Shown here piece by piece: positions 24,586 to 37,041 of a stretch of 40,477 bases of DNA. The position numbers and the translations under genes were made by a program. Numbering within the stretch: position 1 is the first letter of the stretch; each line of letters begins with the position of its first letter. Below the pieces are notes generated by a model that searched no databases, was not told the DNA's origin, and saw only the letters and a program-made list of their open reading frames with translations. The stretch lies in contig NC_068983.1 in NCBI RefSeq assembly GCF_001194135.2, positions 18,437,939 to 18,478,415 of the forward strand. Direction: 5' to 3'. This DNA comes from Octopus bimaculoides. Its lineage: Eukaryota.

Positions 24586-25089
24586 TAGNNNNNNNNNNNN
24601 NNNNNNNNNNNNNNNNNNNNNNNNNNNNNNNNNNNNNNNNNNNNNNNNNNNNNNNNNNNNNNNNNNNNNNNNNNNNNNNNNNNNNNNNNNNNNNNNNNNN
24701 NNNNNNNNNNNNNNNNNNNNNNNNNNNNNNNNNNNNNNNNNNNNNNNNNNNNNNNNNNNNNNNNNNNNNNNNNNNNNNNNNNNNNNNNNNNNNNNNNNNN
24801 NNNNNNNNNNNNNNNNNNNNNNNNNNNNNNNNNNNNNNNNNNNNNNNNNNNNNNNNNNNNNNNNNNNNNNNNNNNNNNNNNNNNNNNNNNNNNNNNNNNN
24901 NNNNNNNNNNNNNNNNNNNNNNNNNNNNNNNNNNNNNNNNNNNNNNNNNNNNNNNNNNNNNNNNNNNNNNNNNNNNNNNNNNNNNNNNNNNNNNNNNNNN
25001 NNNNNNNNNNNNNNNNNNNNNNNNNNNNNNNNNNNNNNNNNNNNNNNNNNNNNNNNNNNNNNNNNNNNNNNNNNNNNNNNNNNNNNNNN

Positions 25090-25117
<28 letters not shown>

Positions 25118-25124
<7 letters not shown>

Positions 25125-25245
25125 ATTATCATATGATTGAACACCACGCATCCATTTCCAACTATGTTTGTCTTGATAATTCTGATGCGACTCTACCTCG
25201 CATTGTTCTCTCTCTTTCTTTCTCTTATTCATTTTCCCCATCAGT
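25118..25245 (-). repeat. ~700-bp repeat, copy 6 (inverted, distal end only)
   Basis: Its reverse complement matches the end of copy 1 (TTGGAAATGGATGCGTGG.GTTCAATCATAT.ATAATATA). Confidence 0.8.
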
Positions 25246-25509
25246 CGAATTCTCTTACATTCGATACATATATGTACACGTATGCATTCACTCACACAAG
25301 CATGCAGACACAAACACATACCGATAAACATATACATATTCACATACACAAACAGAGACAGAGAGATACACACACACACACACACAAACACACATATCTA
25401 ACTGTTACAACTAACTGTTGTTAATGAATTATGCATTCGTTTCAGATTATCTGCTGTAAATAGGCAACGTAATAATAGTTTAAGTATTGGTTTCAAAGTA
25501 TTGTCGGAG

Positions 25510-25700
25510 GACAGCAATTTCAGAGTAGAGGATAAGTGTATAACATCGATCCCGAGTGCTCAGCAGGTATTTACTTTATCGATCCCGGAAGGATGACTGG
25601 CAATGTCGATCTCGGCGGATTCTGAACTCAAAAGGGAAAGACGAACGGAATGGCGTTACGCATTTTGTTCGGTGCGCTAACGATTCTGCCATTTTGCTGC
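25510..25700 (-). mobile_element. Cephalopod tRNA-derived SINE, degenerate
   Basis: GTCGATCTCGGCGGATTCTGAACTCA...GTGCGCTAACGATTCTGCCA is the reverse complement of the SINE head. Confidence 0.75.
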
Positions 25701-26381
25701 ATTATATATGGACAAAGGGCTATTATCTAAAGGCTAAGCTATAGTAAGTTTGCTGATCTTACAACTGAAATGCTTAAAAGAATGTGAATGTTATGCTGTT
25801 CTTTCAGTTTTTCGCATCATCATTTGCCATGTCCTGAAAATAGCTGGCTCCATCTATATCGTATTTCAGTGTGATCAGAAATAGCATGTGGTAACAATCA
25901 ACGTGTGCGTCTATCAATTTGGGCTATTCATTGATTTTATGTATACTTGCTTTTCGTGTAATTTCAATTTCTCTCTATTTCTATATATTGCCAAATCGTT
26001 GTCGTGTGATACCATTCACAGAACAAGGATTCTATGGTAATGAAATTCATATTTAACATTCCAGGGATATGAACTCAAACATAGAAGGTCGCACATTGAT
26101 TAAATGTAATAAGTACAGGTCAAGCCGGCACCTCGTTGCATTATTCAATTTAACCACAGTTATTCGATTTATTATAGGAATCTGGTCATTAGTCTCCATA
26201 AGCATTAACCAAATCTCCATGAGGACATTCTAATAACTTGGAATATCTCATAACGAACAATATAATTTGAGCTCCAATATACGGAAAACAAAAGCCTGCA
26301 TAGGCATGATCGGAACGTCATTGATAATAGGTTTGCTGTATGAGATCTGATGTAAAGCTAAGCAGAATTTAACTCTGTATG

Positions 26382-26530
<149 letters not shown>

Positions 26531-26532
26531 TA

Positions 26533-27345
26533 TTTAAAAAATGGGACAAGAACGCAACAAGCGGACAGGAAAAACAGCAAAAACACGGACAGGAAAAAAA
26601 CATTCGCAGTCTTCTTTCACCAGACAACAAAGACGAAGAAACGGAGAAATTGTTACAAAATTACAAATAAAAGTAGCAACCAAATAACAACTGCTGCCTT
26701 TCGACTAATTAATAAAGACGAATCAAGCTGAGCTGGCGTGTGTAGAGTGAAAGCCTTGAGGCAGGGACATAGGAGATGAACATAAAAGATGATATCCGTG
26801 AAACTGGAATGTAAGTGATGCTTCGCTGCCGGCAGTCGAGCCAAGAGAGAAAGATCAGGCTTGGACGAATACCGTGTACATGGAAGGAAAAGAGAAAAAG
26901 TGGAGGCAGAGGGATTGAAGAATTCGGAGAACAACGAGAAAGAGAGCAAATCAAAGGGATATAGAGAAAGGTACGAGGGAGATAAACGTGGAGCAGAAGT
27001 AGGAGGATTAAAGAAAGAGAAGGCCAAGAAATGTGCGAGAAGGGGAATAGAAAAACAAAACGAGGAAAGAAAATGAGGGGGACTAAAAGAAAGAGTAAAA
27101 GAGTCCTACAGAATTAAGATACATATTAGAAGGTGTACGTCGCCGCTATATGTATATGTAAATCCAAAACATGGAACAAGAACGCGACAGACGACAATAA
27201 AACATCGGAACAGGTAGACGATACAAAGATGGAAAGCAAAAAATAAGGACGGGTCATTCGCAATCTTCTCTCATCCGTCAATTTTCCAAATCATCTTTAC
27301 AGTTTCGGCCGGTTACACTTGAGACAGTTCAAATCTGGTTGGCCC
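26533..27345. repeat. Second purine-rich interspersed repeat, two partial tandem copies (~26536-27150, ~27165-27345); putative Penelope pLTR-type
   Basis: Repeated blocks ACAAGAACGC.ACA and CATTCGCA.TCTTCT.TCA with a GA-rich body; family identity is inferred. Confidence 0.55.
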
Positions 27346-27346
27346 C

Positions 27347-27348
<2 letters not shown>

Positions 27349-27408
<60 letters not shown>

Positions 27409-27489
27409 TGTATGTGTGTATATATATATATTTATACATACACACACACATACACATACACACACACACATACACACACACACACACAT

Positions 27490-27526
<37 letters not shown>

Positions 27527-27535
27527 ATTATATAT
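27349..27535. repeat. (TA)n-(TG)n-(CA)n microsatellite (self-complementary TG/CA blocks)
   Basis: Direct. Confidence 0.95.
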
Positions 27536-28753
27536 ATATTATTTATGTGAATTCTTGCTTTTTTATTAATACTAGCAGTTAGTCTAATGTAGTGGGTGTC
27601 CTGTTTCCATGTGCATGTTAATGTGTTTTTCCTTTAATGATGTCCATGTATTTTAATCACATGAAAATATTCCGTTTGTGAGAAAAGCATCCATATATCT
27701 CTCGTTAAAGGTATATTATCAAGACGTTCCTATAAAACCACATATAACAACATATATCTCATTTGGCTATATTAACGTATTTACTGAAAATATCAAAAGA
27801 AGTGAGCTTCAAAAGAAATTTAGAATATATTTAATATCAAACAAATTGAAGGAAAAATAAAATACCTGAAGTAAAATATGAAAACAAATGCTAGTAAACC
27901 TATAAGCAGAATAATATTGGGTATTCCATAGCTTTAACAATAGACATCTAATTAAGAGTTTCAGTACTTATATTATTAGTAGTTTTATTTTCTTACTGCT
28001 GTTGTCACTGTGTTACCGAGCTCATCTTTGTAGACCGAGAGAAAGTGGAATGTCTTTTTTTTGTTTGATTTAATGTTTTTTAATTGTATTTGATGTAATC
28101 TACAAATAATATGCAGCGCCTAGGGGTGTCATCTTTTTTTTTTTGGATGTTGTGGATATATATTAATCCTGCAAGTGTTTCCTTTTTTTTCTCTTTTTGG
28201 TATCTGCAGTATTTTTGAATAATTACCAAAGCCCCAATTATTATAAGGATTATTTCTGCATTCATTCTCTTGATATTCGTTACATCTATTTTGAGAGCGT
28301 GGTTTACTGAAAATATCTAGAATTCTGTCAGAGACTTAATGTCATCAACGTGGAAATATACTTGTATTAATAATCCCGCCCTTCCTTAAGCTAATATTGC
28401 ACTGATATTGATCGCCTTGTATATTGATACACATGTCCTAGAGAATAATAGTATTGCATATGTAAATGATTATATATATGTATCAGTGTGTGTGTCTAGG
28501 TGAGTGTTTGTGTGCGTGTATGTTTTTGAGTGTGTGTATTTATACGATTATATATGTGTGTGTGTGTTCATGAAATTGTTTGTGAGTGTATGTATATATA
28601 TATATATATATATATATNNNNNNNNNNNNNNNNNNNNNNNNNNNNNNNNNNNNNNNNNNNNNNNNNNNNNNNNNNNNNNNNNNNNNNNNNNNNNNNNNNN
28701 NNNNNNNNNNNNNNNNNNNNNNNNNNNNNNNNNNNNNNNNNNNNNNNNNNNNN

Positions 28754-28786
<33 letters not shown>

Positions 28787-29147
28787 AGAGAGAAACAGGG
28801 TCTGTATACACCCTTGCATGCGTACAGATGTCTCCCCTTACACCTGAGCCTAAGAAATAGATGTCTGTTTCGAAGTCGTTTCGAAGTATTTAAAATGACC
28901 TCCTAGACACCTCTCTCGTGTGAAGTTATGACCTACTGAAATGTATGTGTATATTTGTGATATATTAGTTTTTTAAACTCTCATGGTATGTGTCATTATG
29001 CTAACTGATTCACAATGCACGGACTCCTCTTGGCTAACTTCTCTTTCTCTCACCCTCTCTCTCTGTCTATGTCTCTTATATGGTCTCTTTCTCATTATAC
29101 ATTCATATCTTTCTCTCTTCTTCTTTATTTATCCTATGGGCGTACTT

Positions 29148-29520
29148 ATTGCTTCCACCTTAGCGAAGGTGGAAGCATTGTTTTCCGTCGCATTTGTTTG
29201 TTTGTCCATGGACAAGATATCTCAAGAACCACTGGATGGATTAGGATGAAACTTTCAGGGATGTTTGGCCACGTGATTGGCACGAACTGCTTAGATTTTA
29301 GGATCAATCAGGTACTGGGCGAGGATTCTGGGTTATTTTTCCGATTCTTTTTTTACTTAATTTTTGAGAGCGGCCAGGTTCATTTTTAGTATTCTCGTTT
29401 GTGAGAGCAGTCAAGTTTATTTTAGATATTCTCATTTTAAAAATCATCTCCGGCTAATCGTTGAGAGGGTGTTGGTGTTGCCCTGGCGGAAGTTTGCACG
29501 CTCAGGGGCTCTTGTTTAAA
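29148..29520 (+). mobile_element. Helentron-type non-autonomous element (HINE/DINE-1-like)
   Basis: 5' perfect hairpin CTTCCACCTT-AGCG-AAGGTGGAAG (29152-29175), a short (TTTG)n tract, 3' sub-terminal inverted repeat GGCGGAAG (29485-29492) and a small GC-rich stem-loop before a T-rich end; this is the described HINE architecture. Confidence 0.65.
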
Positions 29521-29574
29521 CATGTATTCATTTCATTTTATCATATTTCTTGTTCATGTTTTTTATGGTTGCCC

Positions 29575-29780
29575 AACTTAGTTTTCCTTCCTTTCCTTTT
29601 CCCTTTCTTCCTTTCCTTTTCTCTTTCTTCCTTTGCTTTTCCTCTTCTTGTTTCTCTTTCTCTCCTTTTTTCCTTTCCCACTATTTTTGTTCTTTACTTT
29701 GATTTCTTTTCTCTTTTTTTGTCCCCTTTCTCTTCTTTCTCTTCTCTAAGTTGTTTTCTTTCTACTTCACTTTCCAAATA
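29575..29780. repeat. Low-complexity polypyrimidine (C/T) tract
   Basis: Direct. Confidence 0.9.
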
Positions 29781-30149
29781 CTTATGAATTGCGAGCCGTC
29801 TTAAAACGCTCTAGATCTTAATTCTCTGAAAATATAATGCAATGCAGTGAAACATCCGATTAACAATTCCAAAGAACCTGGTTAAACGTACGTAGAAAAT
29901 AATAAAATAAACCTGTGTTTATCATAATTTCTTCTACAATTGCTCTGTATACTGTAACTAGTAATACTACAAAGTACATTTCTGTATTTATATTATGTTG
30001 CAACAATGTCTGGGATACAAGGATAGTAGCTTATGGAATAAATGTTAGGCTTTTCTTATATTTTCATATATTTTGTCTCTGGACTAATATTTTGTTGTAA
30101 AAATCAACGCATGTCTTATAATATTCGACCGGCGTCTTTGAATAATTGT

Positions 30150-31700
30150 TGGTTTTCATGTTAACCAACTTATCTGAAAATGATATACTATGCATTGGTA
30201 TTATTTGATTTCCATAGTGATGTTTTGTTTTCTTATTTGTTTTCTTTTATTTACTAGTCTACTGAAACTTAAAGAGTTTGAGCAATTAGTACCTTACTGG
30301 CACAGTCAAATTATTATCTGTTTATAAATTATGATTATTTATCTGTATTCGTTTTGTTTCCAGAATCAGTACTTCTTCAGTTGCTGTATATCCGGTTCCT
30401 TTATTTACGATCATTATTTTGAAACAGCTCTCAAATTGTATCATCGTATCTATGAACAGCTTAACTATATTATAGTCATATCAGCTTACTGATGGCATTT
30501 TATAGTCTTCGTACTTAGAGAATTCAATTAATTTCACTTCCAATCTGTTATGTCGAATATGTACTTTATAACTGGAATTGCTAGTGTACTAGCTTATTTA
30601 GTGAATCAAATTCGGTTTCATCACTCCTTGAGACCTATGCATGCAGCTCTGCTATAATTCTCTGGTTTCTGTCTTTCATTTCTAACGTAATGTTTTCCAT
30701 TTTAACTAAATTTCTTTTTATTACATTATATTACATTAGTACTTTCAGCTGCGCTTTTATGGAAGATGTATAGTGGCTACTCCATTTTCATTTTGGTTAT
30801 TCCCATTTTGTTTGGAATCATACATAGGCTTATGCTTCGTCTATAGCTTTCGCAGACTTTGCTCGTTTGCACCAGCCAATTCGTTTATGAAGTCTCTGCT
30901 ACACTAAAAGATATTTTCTTCTTAAGTGAGTTCAGTTTATCATATTTGATTTTTGCGATGAGCTATTTTTCCTTTTTAAAATGAGTTTTTGATATAAGGT
31001 ATCAGCACTAAGAATAATTAGTACATATTTTTTATCTTTAATATCCCTCACCATGATATTAAAAAAAATATTTCGGTTTTAAATCAATGTATTCTTCCGT
31101 GTTGTCAATAATTCCGTGTTTAAGATGTTTATACAACCACATGTTTTCCAACAGAGAATCTGTAGTATAACGTTGATATCAGATGCTCATATATCATTGG
31201 TAAATCTATTTCTTTAGAGATTTGACTTACTTCGTGATTATGCTTCCGGGAACGGAGTCTAGTTTCTATATTAATCTATAGTATTAGATTGCTACCTATT
31301 CACGTACAACGAATTAGTTATTTCATCAAATGCTGGTGTCTTTATGTATAACAAAATTATATAATACTAATACTTTTGAAGAAGTTGGTTAATACTCTAT
31401 GATATATAGTTGACAATGGATTTATAATCAATTACATTAACATCGGTTAACCAACTTCATGGTTCAGTTGTCTGTTTCCTATTCTTAGCTTCTTTTCTAA
31501 ATGATTTCAGTATCTACTGATTTTTTGCGTACCTTCAAATATTATATTATTCTTGGCGTTCTATCTAATATTTAGTAAACGTTTAAAATCCGGCATCCAT
31601 ACTCAAAATGCTTTATTATGGATATTATATTGGAATTGTTCTTTTACGTTCGTATGATCTAGACTTCAGCTGGCTGTATATATTCTTGGCATTTTATATA
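30150..31700 (-). mobile_element. Degenerate Dong/R4-clade non-LTR retrotransposon reverse transcriptase
   Basis: Ordered minus-strand motifs NHLEK...LIIN, YIKTPAFDEITNSL (31348-31307; cf. YIDYxKAFDSIPHSWL), FINELAGANEQSLRKL (30891-30844; cf. FMDDLKLYAxNExxL) and ETEFDSLNKL/STLAIPVIKYIFDITDWK (~30620-30536; cf. KSELNAxNKIxAINTLAIPVIxYxFxIxxW). Confidence 0.7.
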
Positions 31701-33371
31701 CTTATTTTTACATATAAGCCATTCGCATTGTATTCTCATGATAATTACGTTAATACAGTTTGTTTAGATATATTCATTTTTTCTAGGTAGATAATTTTCA
31801 AATTATATTTTGTGGCTATGCATGTTTAATTGTGTGTAAATATATTATTGACGGGTAGGATGGATCTTCTATTTCAATTTTTGTATGAATATAACATGCA
31901 CTATAATAGAGAAGAAAACCTTTGTAAATAATACAGTAGGAGCTATATAACACTATGGGAAGACTAATTCTGCATAACCTTACACATATTTCATTGGGTA
32001 TACATATAATATTATACAGGCATAGCTTTGAGTAATATAAGCATGTATTTCTAATATCCTATACTCCAACTACAAACATAAACTACGACACAATTCTCTC
32101 AGCTATATATTAGATATAATATTTCATGTGTATTATATCAGCGGAGAATAAAATGATCTGAAATTTCTTTCACAATCCATATTTCAGATTTTCTGTTTCC
32201 TAAGTTGTTTGCTTAATGCCCTGCTCTATTCCTTTAAGAGCTCTCTTTTCAATCATTGAGTTCATTTAATAAAACATGTTATTTAATGTTTGAATGTTGA
32301 GCTTTTAAATATGTGAGAACACGAAAGCAATTCCTATCGTATTATGATACAAACTGAGTAAACACAGCATCCCTAAGATAATGACAACAACCCAATATCC
32401 CTTTGTGTATGAGACACGATTCTCCATCTTATAATGCATTTAAATATTGTTATTCTGCAGAAAAGTCATGCATCTTCATATATATATATACGTGTATAAA
32501 CGTTGAATGTGTGTTCTTCATTTAATTGGAGGTTCCCCCCCCAAATTTCTAATATTGATTCTTGATACTTTGCTGGGTGTTTACAGGCGTAAATTTGCGA
32601 AAATGTGAAAGTAGTGCTTGTATATGATGTATGGATACATTATGGAATGAATTTCAATAGATCCCATCAATTTTGTTAAAAATGGAAGAGACAATTTGTT
32701 AAAATATATAATTCTTACAGACATTCGTTTCATACAGAGATATAATAATATAAGTTCACGACTCAATTAAATTAAATTGATTAAATATTAACGTATTCTT
32801 CAGTGCTAGAAAGAAAGAAAACATAATACAAGGAACTTAAAAAGGAATATAATAGAAAAACTTCGACGTAGGAGATTCATTTTGGTATCTGTGTGAGAAA
32901 GAAATGGGAGTCATGCTGGATATTTAACCATAACTAACGGCTTCAACGGTTATTTGAAGATATACGTAAAGAGATATCGTAGACGTTCCCTCTATAGATG
33001 AGTATGGAAATTAGAATTATAGAAGCATATAAGTAGCGTAGGAGAAATAAGTATTAGAAATGTCCAATCGGTGCAATACAGAATTTAAATTAAAGTTAGA
33101 ACAAGCACATCACCTTCTACCTACATTTTCCCATCCAAATCCTTACCATAAAACAAACAATAATAGGTATAGATGCTAATCTGCCTAATTACTTGTCTCG
33201 TAAAATCAAGCATAACTTGGTGATCGGTCGACTTACAACACCGTTCTTCGTCTTGAGTTTACTGGGTAGAATGTGTTTGTTAACTTGACAACAAGTACAA
33301 GGTGAGCTCTTGTGGGAAAAAAATTCACGTCCCGTCCAGGTAGGCAATATATACACTACTGACTGCGGGAA

Positions 33372-33405
33372 ACCAGCCCTGATGAGCCTGAAATAGTTCG
33401 AGAAG
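33372..33405 (+). ncRNA. Possible degenerate hammerhead-ribozyme core (Penelope-type)
   Basis: CTGATGA-GCCTGAAATAGTTC-GAGA. The core CUGAUGA is intact, stem II is imperfect and GAAA is mutated to GAGA; stems I and III are not identifiable. Confidence 0.25.
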
Positions 33406-33412
33406 GAAACAT

Positions 33413-33446
<34 letters not shown>

Positions 33447-33888
33447 TATATATGNNNNNNNNNNNNNNNNNNNNNNNNNNNNNNNNNNNNNNNNNNNNNN
33501 NNNNNNNNNNNNNNNNNNNNNNNNNNNNNNNNNNNNNNNNNNNNNNNNNNNNNNNNNNNNNNNNNNNNNNNNNNNNNNNNNNNNNNNNNNNNNNNNNNNN
33601 NNNNNNNNNNNNNNNNNNNNNNNNNNNNNNNNNNNNNNNNNNNNNNNNNNNNNNNNNNNNNNNNNNNNNNNNNNNNNNNNNNNNNNNNNNNNNNNNNNNN
33701 NNNNNNNNNNNNNNNNNNNNNNNNNNNNNNNNNNNNNNNNNNNNNNNNNNNNNNNNNNNNNNNNNNNNNNNNNNNNNNNNNNNNNNNNNNNNNNNNNNNN
33801 NNNNNNNNNNNNNNNNNNNNNNNNNNNNNNNNNNNNNNNNNNNNNNNNNNNNNNNNNNNNNNNNNNNNNNNNNNNNNNNNNNNNNNNN

Positions 33889-33922
<34 letters not shown>

Positions 33923-34537
33923 TATATATGCAGGTTAATATATAAATGCACACGGGTATACACCTTACAATTTTATATATTCGTTTGCATGTGTGGATGT
34001 TTGCGCGCGCGCAACTCAGTAGGAGTATATGCAATTTTGAATGAATGTGTGTTCTTAATTTTAATAGGATATTCGTCAGCCTATTGTCGAATAATAACTG
34101 CAGACAAATTAATTTTAATGACGTCTTTCTTAATGTACAGCTGCGTTCACTGGAAACTTTATATAGTTTCCAATTGAATTAAACATTTTTGCGATAAGAC
34201 GCTTCTTAAGGTAATGGCTCTGTTAATTACTATTTTATAATTATATTAGGATATAGCAAATCGAGTTTAAATATTTTCCGACTTTGTTACATAAAACCAA
34301 ATATAGATACAAGAAAGATACATGCAGGAAAATATATATATTTATAATGCTACTCAAACAAACAAGCAAACAAACGAACACGATGAACTGATGTGAATAA
34401 TGATAATAAATCATCGTCTGCTTGAAATACAAAAGATTTAATCAGTTAATTACGTAGAAAGAAGCCCTAATATATAAACATATTTTTATATGTATGCATG
34501 CATGTATATATGTATGTGTGTATATATATATGCATTC

Positions 34538-34568
<31 letters not shown>

Positions 34569-35313
34569 NNNNNNNNNNNNNNNNNNNNNNNNNNNNNNNN
34601 NNNNNNNNNNNNNNNNNNNNNNNNNNNNNNNNNNNNNNNNNNNNNNNNNNNNNNNNNNNNNNNNNNNNNNNNNNNNNNNNNNNNNNNNNNNNNNNNNNNN
34701 NNNNNNNNNNNNNNNNNNNNNNNNNNNNNNNNNNNNNNNNNNNNNNNNNNNNNNNNNNNNNNNNNNNNNNNNNNNNNNNNNNNNNNNNNNNNNNNNNNNN
34801 NNNNNNNNNNNNNNNNNNNNNNNNNNNNNNNNNNNNNNNNNNNNNNNNNNNNNNNNNNNNNNNNNNNNNNNNNNNNNNNNNNNNNNNNNNNNNNNNNNNN
34901 NNNNNNNNNNNNNNNNNNNNNNNNNNNNNNNNNNNNNNNNNNNNNNNNNNNNNNNNNNNNNNNNNNNNNATATATATATATATATATATATACATACATG
35001 TATATACATATACATACACACATATGTGTGTGTGTGTCTGTGTTTGTATGTATATATACAAAGACATGTATGTATTTATATATGCATATACAAGCGTAGT
35101 TTTGTTTGCTCCATCTTGTTTTTATTCTTCCTATTGATAAAGATTATTTATAAAAGAGTTTTAAAAGTGTTTTAAATTCAGCGTTTTGAACATACAAGCA
35201 ATTTTCATTTGTTTAGCACCAGCAAAGATCGTACTGTTTGAAGATGAAAAGACGCATGAAGAATTATTTCTCTTCACTCTATGTTGCCGAACTCAAGTGC
35301 TTCTTATTGAAAT

Positions 35314-35762
35314 AAGGCGGCGAGCTAGCAGAAACGTTAGCACGCCGGGCGAAATGCTTAGCTGTATTTCGTGTGCCGTTATGTTCTGAGTTCAAATTCT
35401 GCCGAGGTCGACTTTGCTTTTCATCCTTTCGGGGTCAATAAATTTAGTACCACTTACACACTGGGTTCGATGTAATCGACTTAATCCCTTTGTCTGTCCT
35501 TATTTGACCCTTCTATGTTTAGCCCCTTGTGGGCAGTAAATAAATAAGAAACGTTAGCACACTGGGCGAAATGCTTAGCTGTATTTCGTGTGCTGTTATG
35601 TTCTTAGTTCAAATTCCGCCGAGGTCGACTTTGCCTTTCATCTTTTCGTGGTCAATAAATTAAGTACCAGTTACACACTGGAGTTGATGTAATCGACTTC
35701 ATGCCTTTGTCTGTCCTTGTTTGTCCCCTCAATGTTTAGCCCGTTGTGGGCAATAAATAAAT
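35314..35762 (+). mobile_element. Head-to-tail dimer of a cephalopod tRNA-derived SINE inside one target-site duplication
   Basis: Monomer 1 at 35316-35548 (B-box GAGTTCAAATTC at 35388); monomer 2 at 35549-35765 lacks the first ~15 nt. Flanks AAGTGCTTCTTATTGAAAT (35295-35313) and AAGTACTTGTTATTGAAAT (35763-35781) match at 17/19. Confidence 0.9.
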
Positions 35763-36508
35763 AAGTACTTGTTATTGAAATGGTTCTATTAAGATGGCAT
35801 TGAAACGATTTAATTTGGTTAAAAGTTACGTCTGATGAGGTACGTGCAATATCGTATCATACTACAAATGTCATGTGTCACAGCTCTGACATTCGCACGC
35901 ACGAAGGGCGAAATAGTATTTAGTAAGCATGTTCTAAACGACCTGCCACACACTGTTTTACGCCTTGATTGGAAATCAATGAAGCAGTTCCAAATCGTGA
36001 AAGTAGTATTTGAAGATGATCAGCAATGATATTTGTAGACTTCCTTGTTGTGGAAGATAAATAAAATCAGCATGGCCATTGAATAAGAATACAAAATATT
36101 TTACTCCTGACCTCTGTAAAGAAATATATACATGTTCCAACGGAGCCCGAATCTGAGCGTCAAATATTGAGCTGTTTGTCTATCAACTGACTCAACAAAT
36201 GAATATCTTCAGGAAATTCGATACACTGTTATGGTTAGCAATACGTATTTTATATTTAATATAATTAATACGATGATTAATTCAAAACTATGTTTGAACG
36301 TGACTATGTGCGTGTATATATGAATAGTAATAGTTCATGGTTGTAATGTTTATTCACCACGTGATGCCTGTGGTCTAGCATGTTTTCCGATAAAAGCATA
36401 TATTCTGGGCCTCACCCTAAGAAACACTACACTATAGATCGAAATTAAATCCCTGATTGATGCAGTCTACCTCCTGCTCTCAGGCGTACTGTCTTCATTA
36501 TCGTCCCA

Positions 36509-36530
36509 TTCTCTCTCTCTCCCTCTCTCT

Positions 36531-36585
<55 letters not shown>

Positions 36586-36602
36586 CCCCTCTCTCTCTCT
36601 CT
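36509..36602. repeat. (CT)n microsatellite
   Basis: Direct. Confidence 0.95.
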
Positions 36603-37041
36603 ATCATGTATGATGCTTCTTAGTCTCCGCTTCCCGGAGCTTACCGCTACTGTTATCCTTGTTGCGTTCATCGACCAGTCCCGTCCCAACTTATGTACTA
36701 ATCATTCTTTACTCGCAAAACACGGCTCCTTTCACAATATCTTTTGTAAAAATATGACCAAAGTTCAATGGGACAAAGCTAGCATGAAGCTCAGAAGTCT
36801 CGGAGGTTTTGTCGATACCATGGACTTATCTTTTCTTCCAATCTCAATAAATGGAAAATATAATAATAAATTTGATAAACTGATTTATTTCTTTAGTTAA
36901 ATTGGGTTTTTATTTATATTTGTACGTCCAATTCAGTTTATCATCTAAGTTGAAAATTTACATCCACATAAGAACAACTGATCCAAATTGACATACAGTT
37001 TAAGAGTATTCATAATGCATACAGGCAGATATAAGGATGTA

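Noticed and set aside
31560-32300. L1-type apurinic endonuclease-like snippets on the minus strand (LNIQTLN, DFNV..LDR)
   Set aside because: They need several frameshifts and overlap the R4-like RT region; R4 elements lack this domain. Probably chance.
35832-35862. CTGATGA followed by a 6-bp hairpin (GGTACG/CGTATC), hammerhead-like
   Set aside because: The obligatory GAAA after stem II is replaced by ATAC and there are no stems I or III.
36610-36900. Plus-strand open frame after the (CT)n tract (MMLLSLRFPELT...)
   Set aside because: No recognisable domain or splice signals; the ORF length is inflated by the microsatellite.
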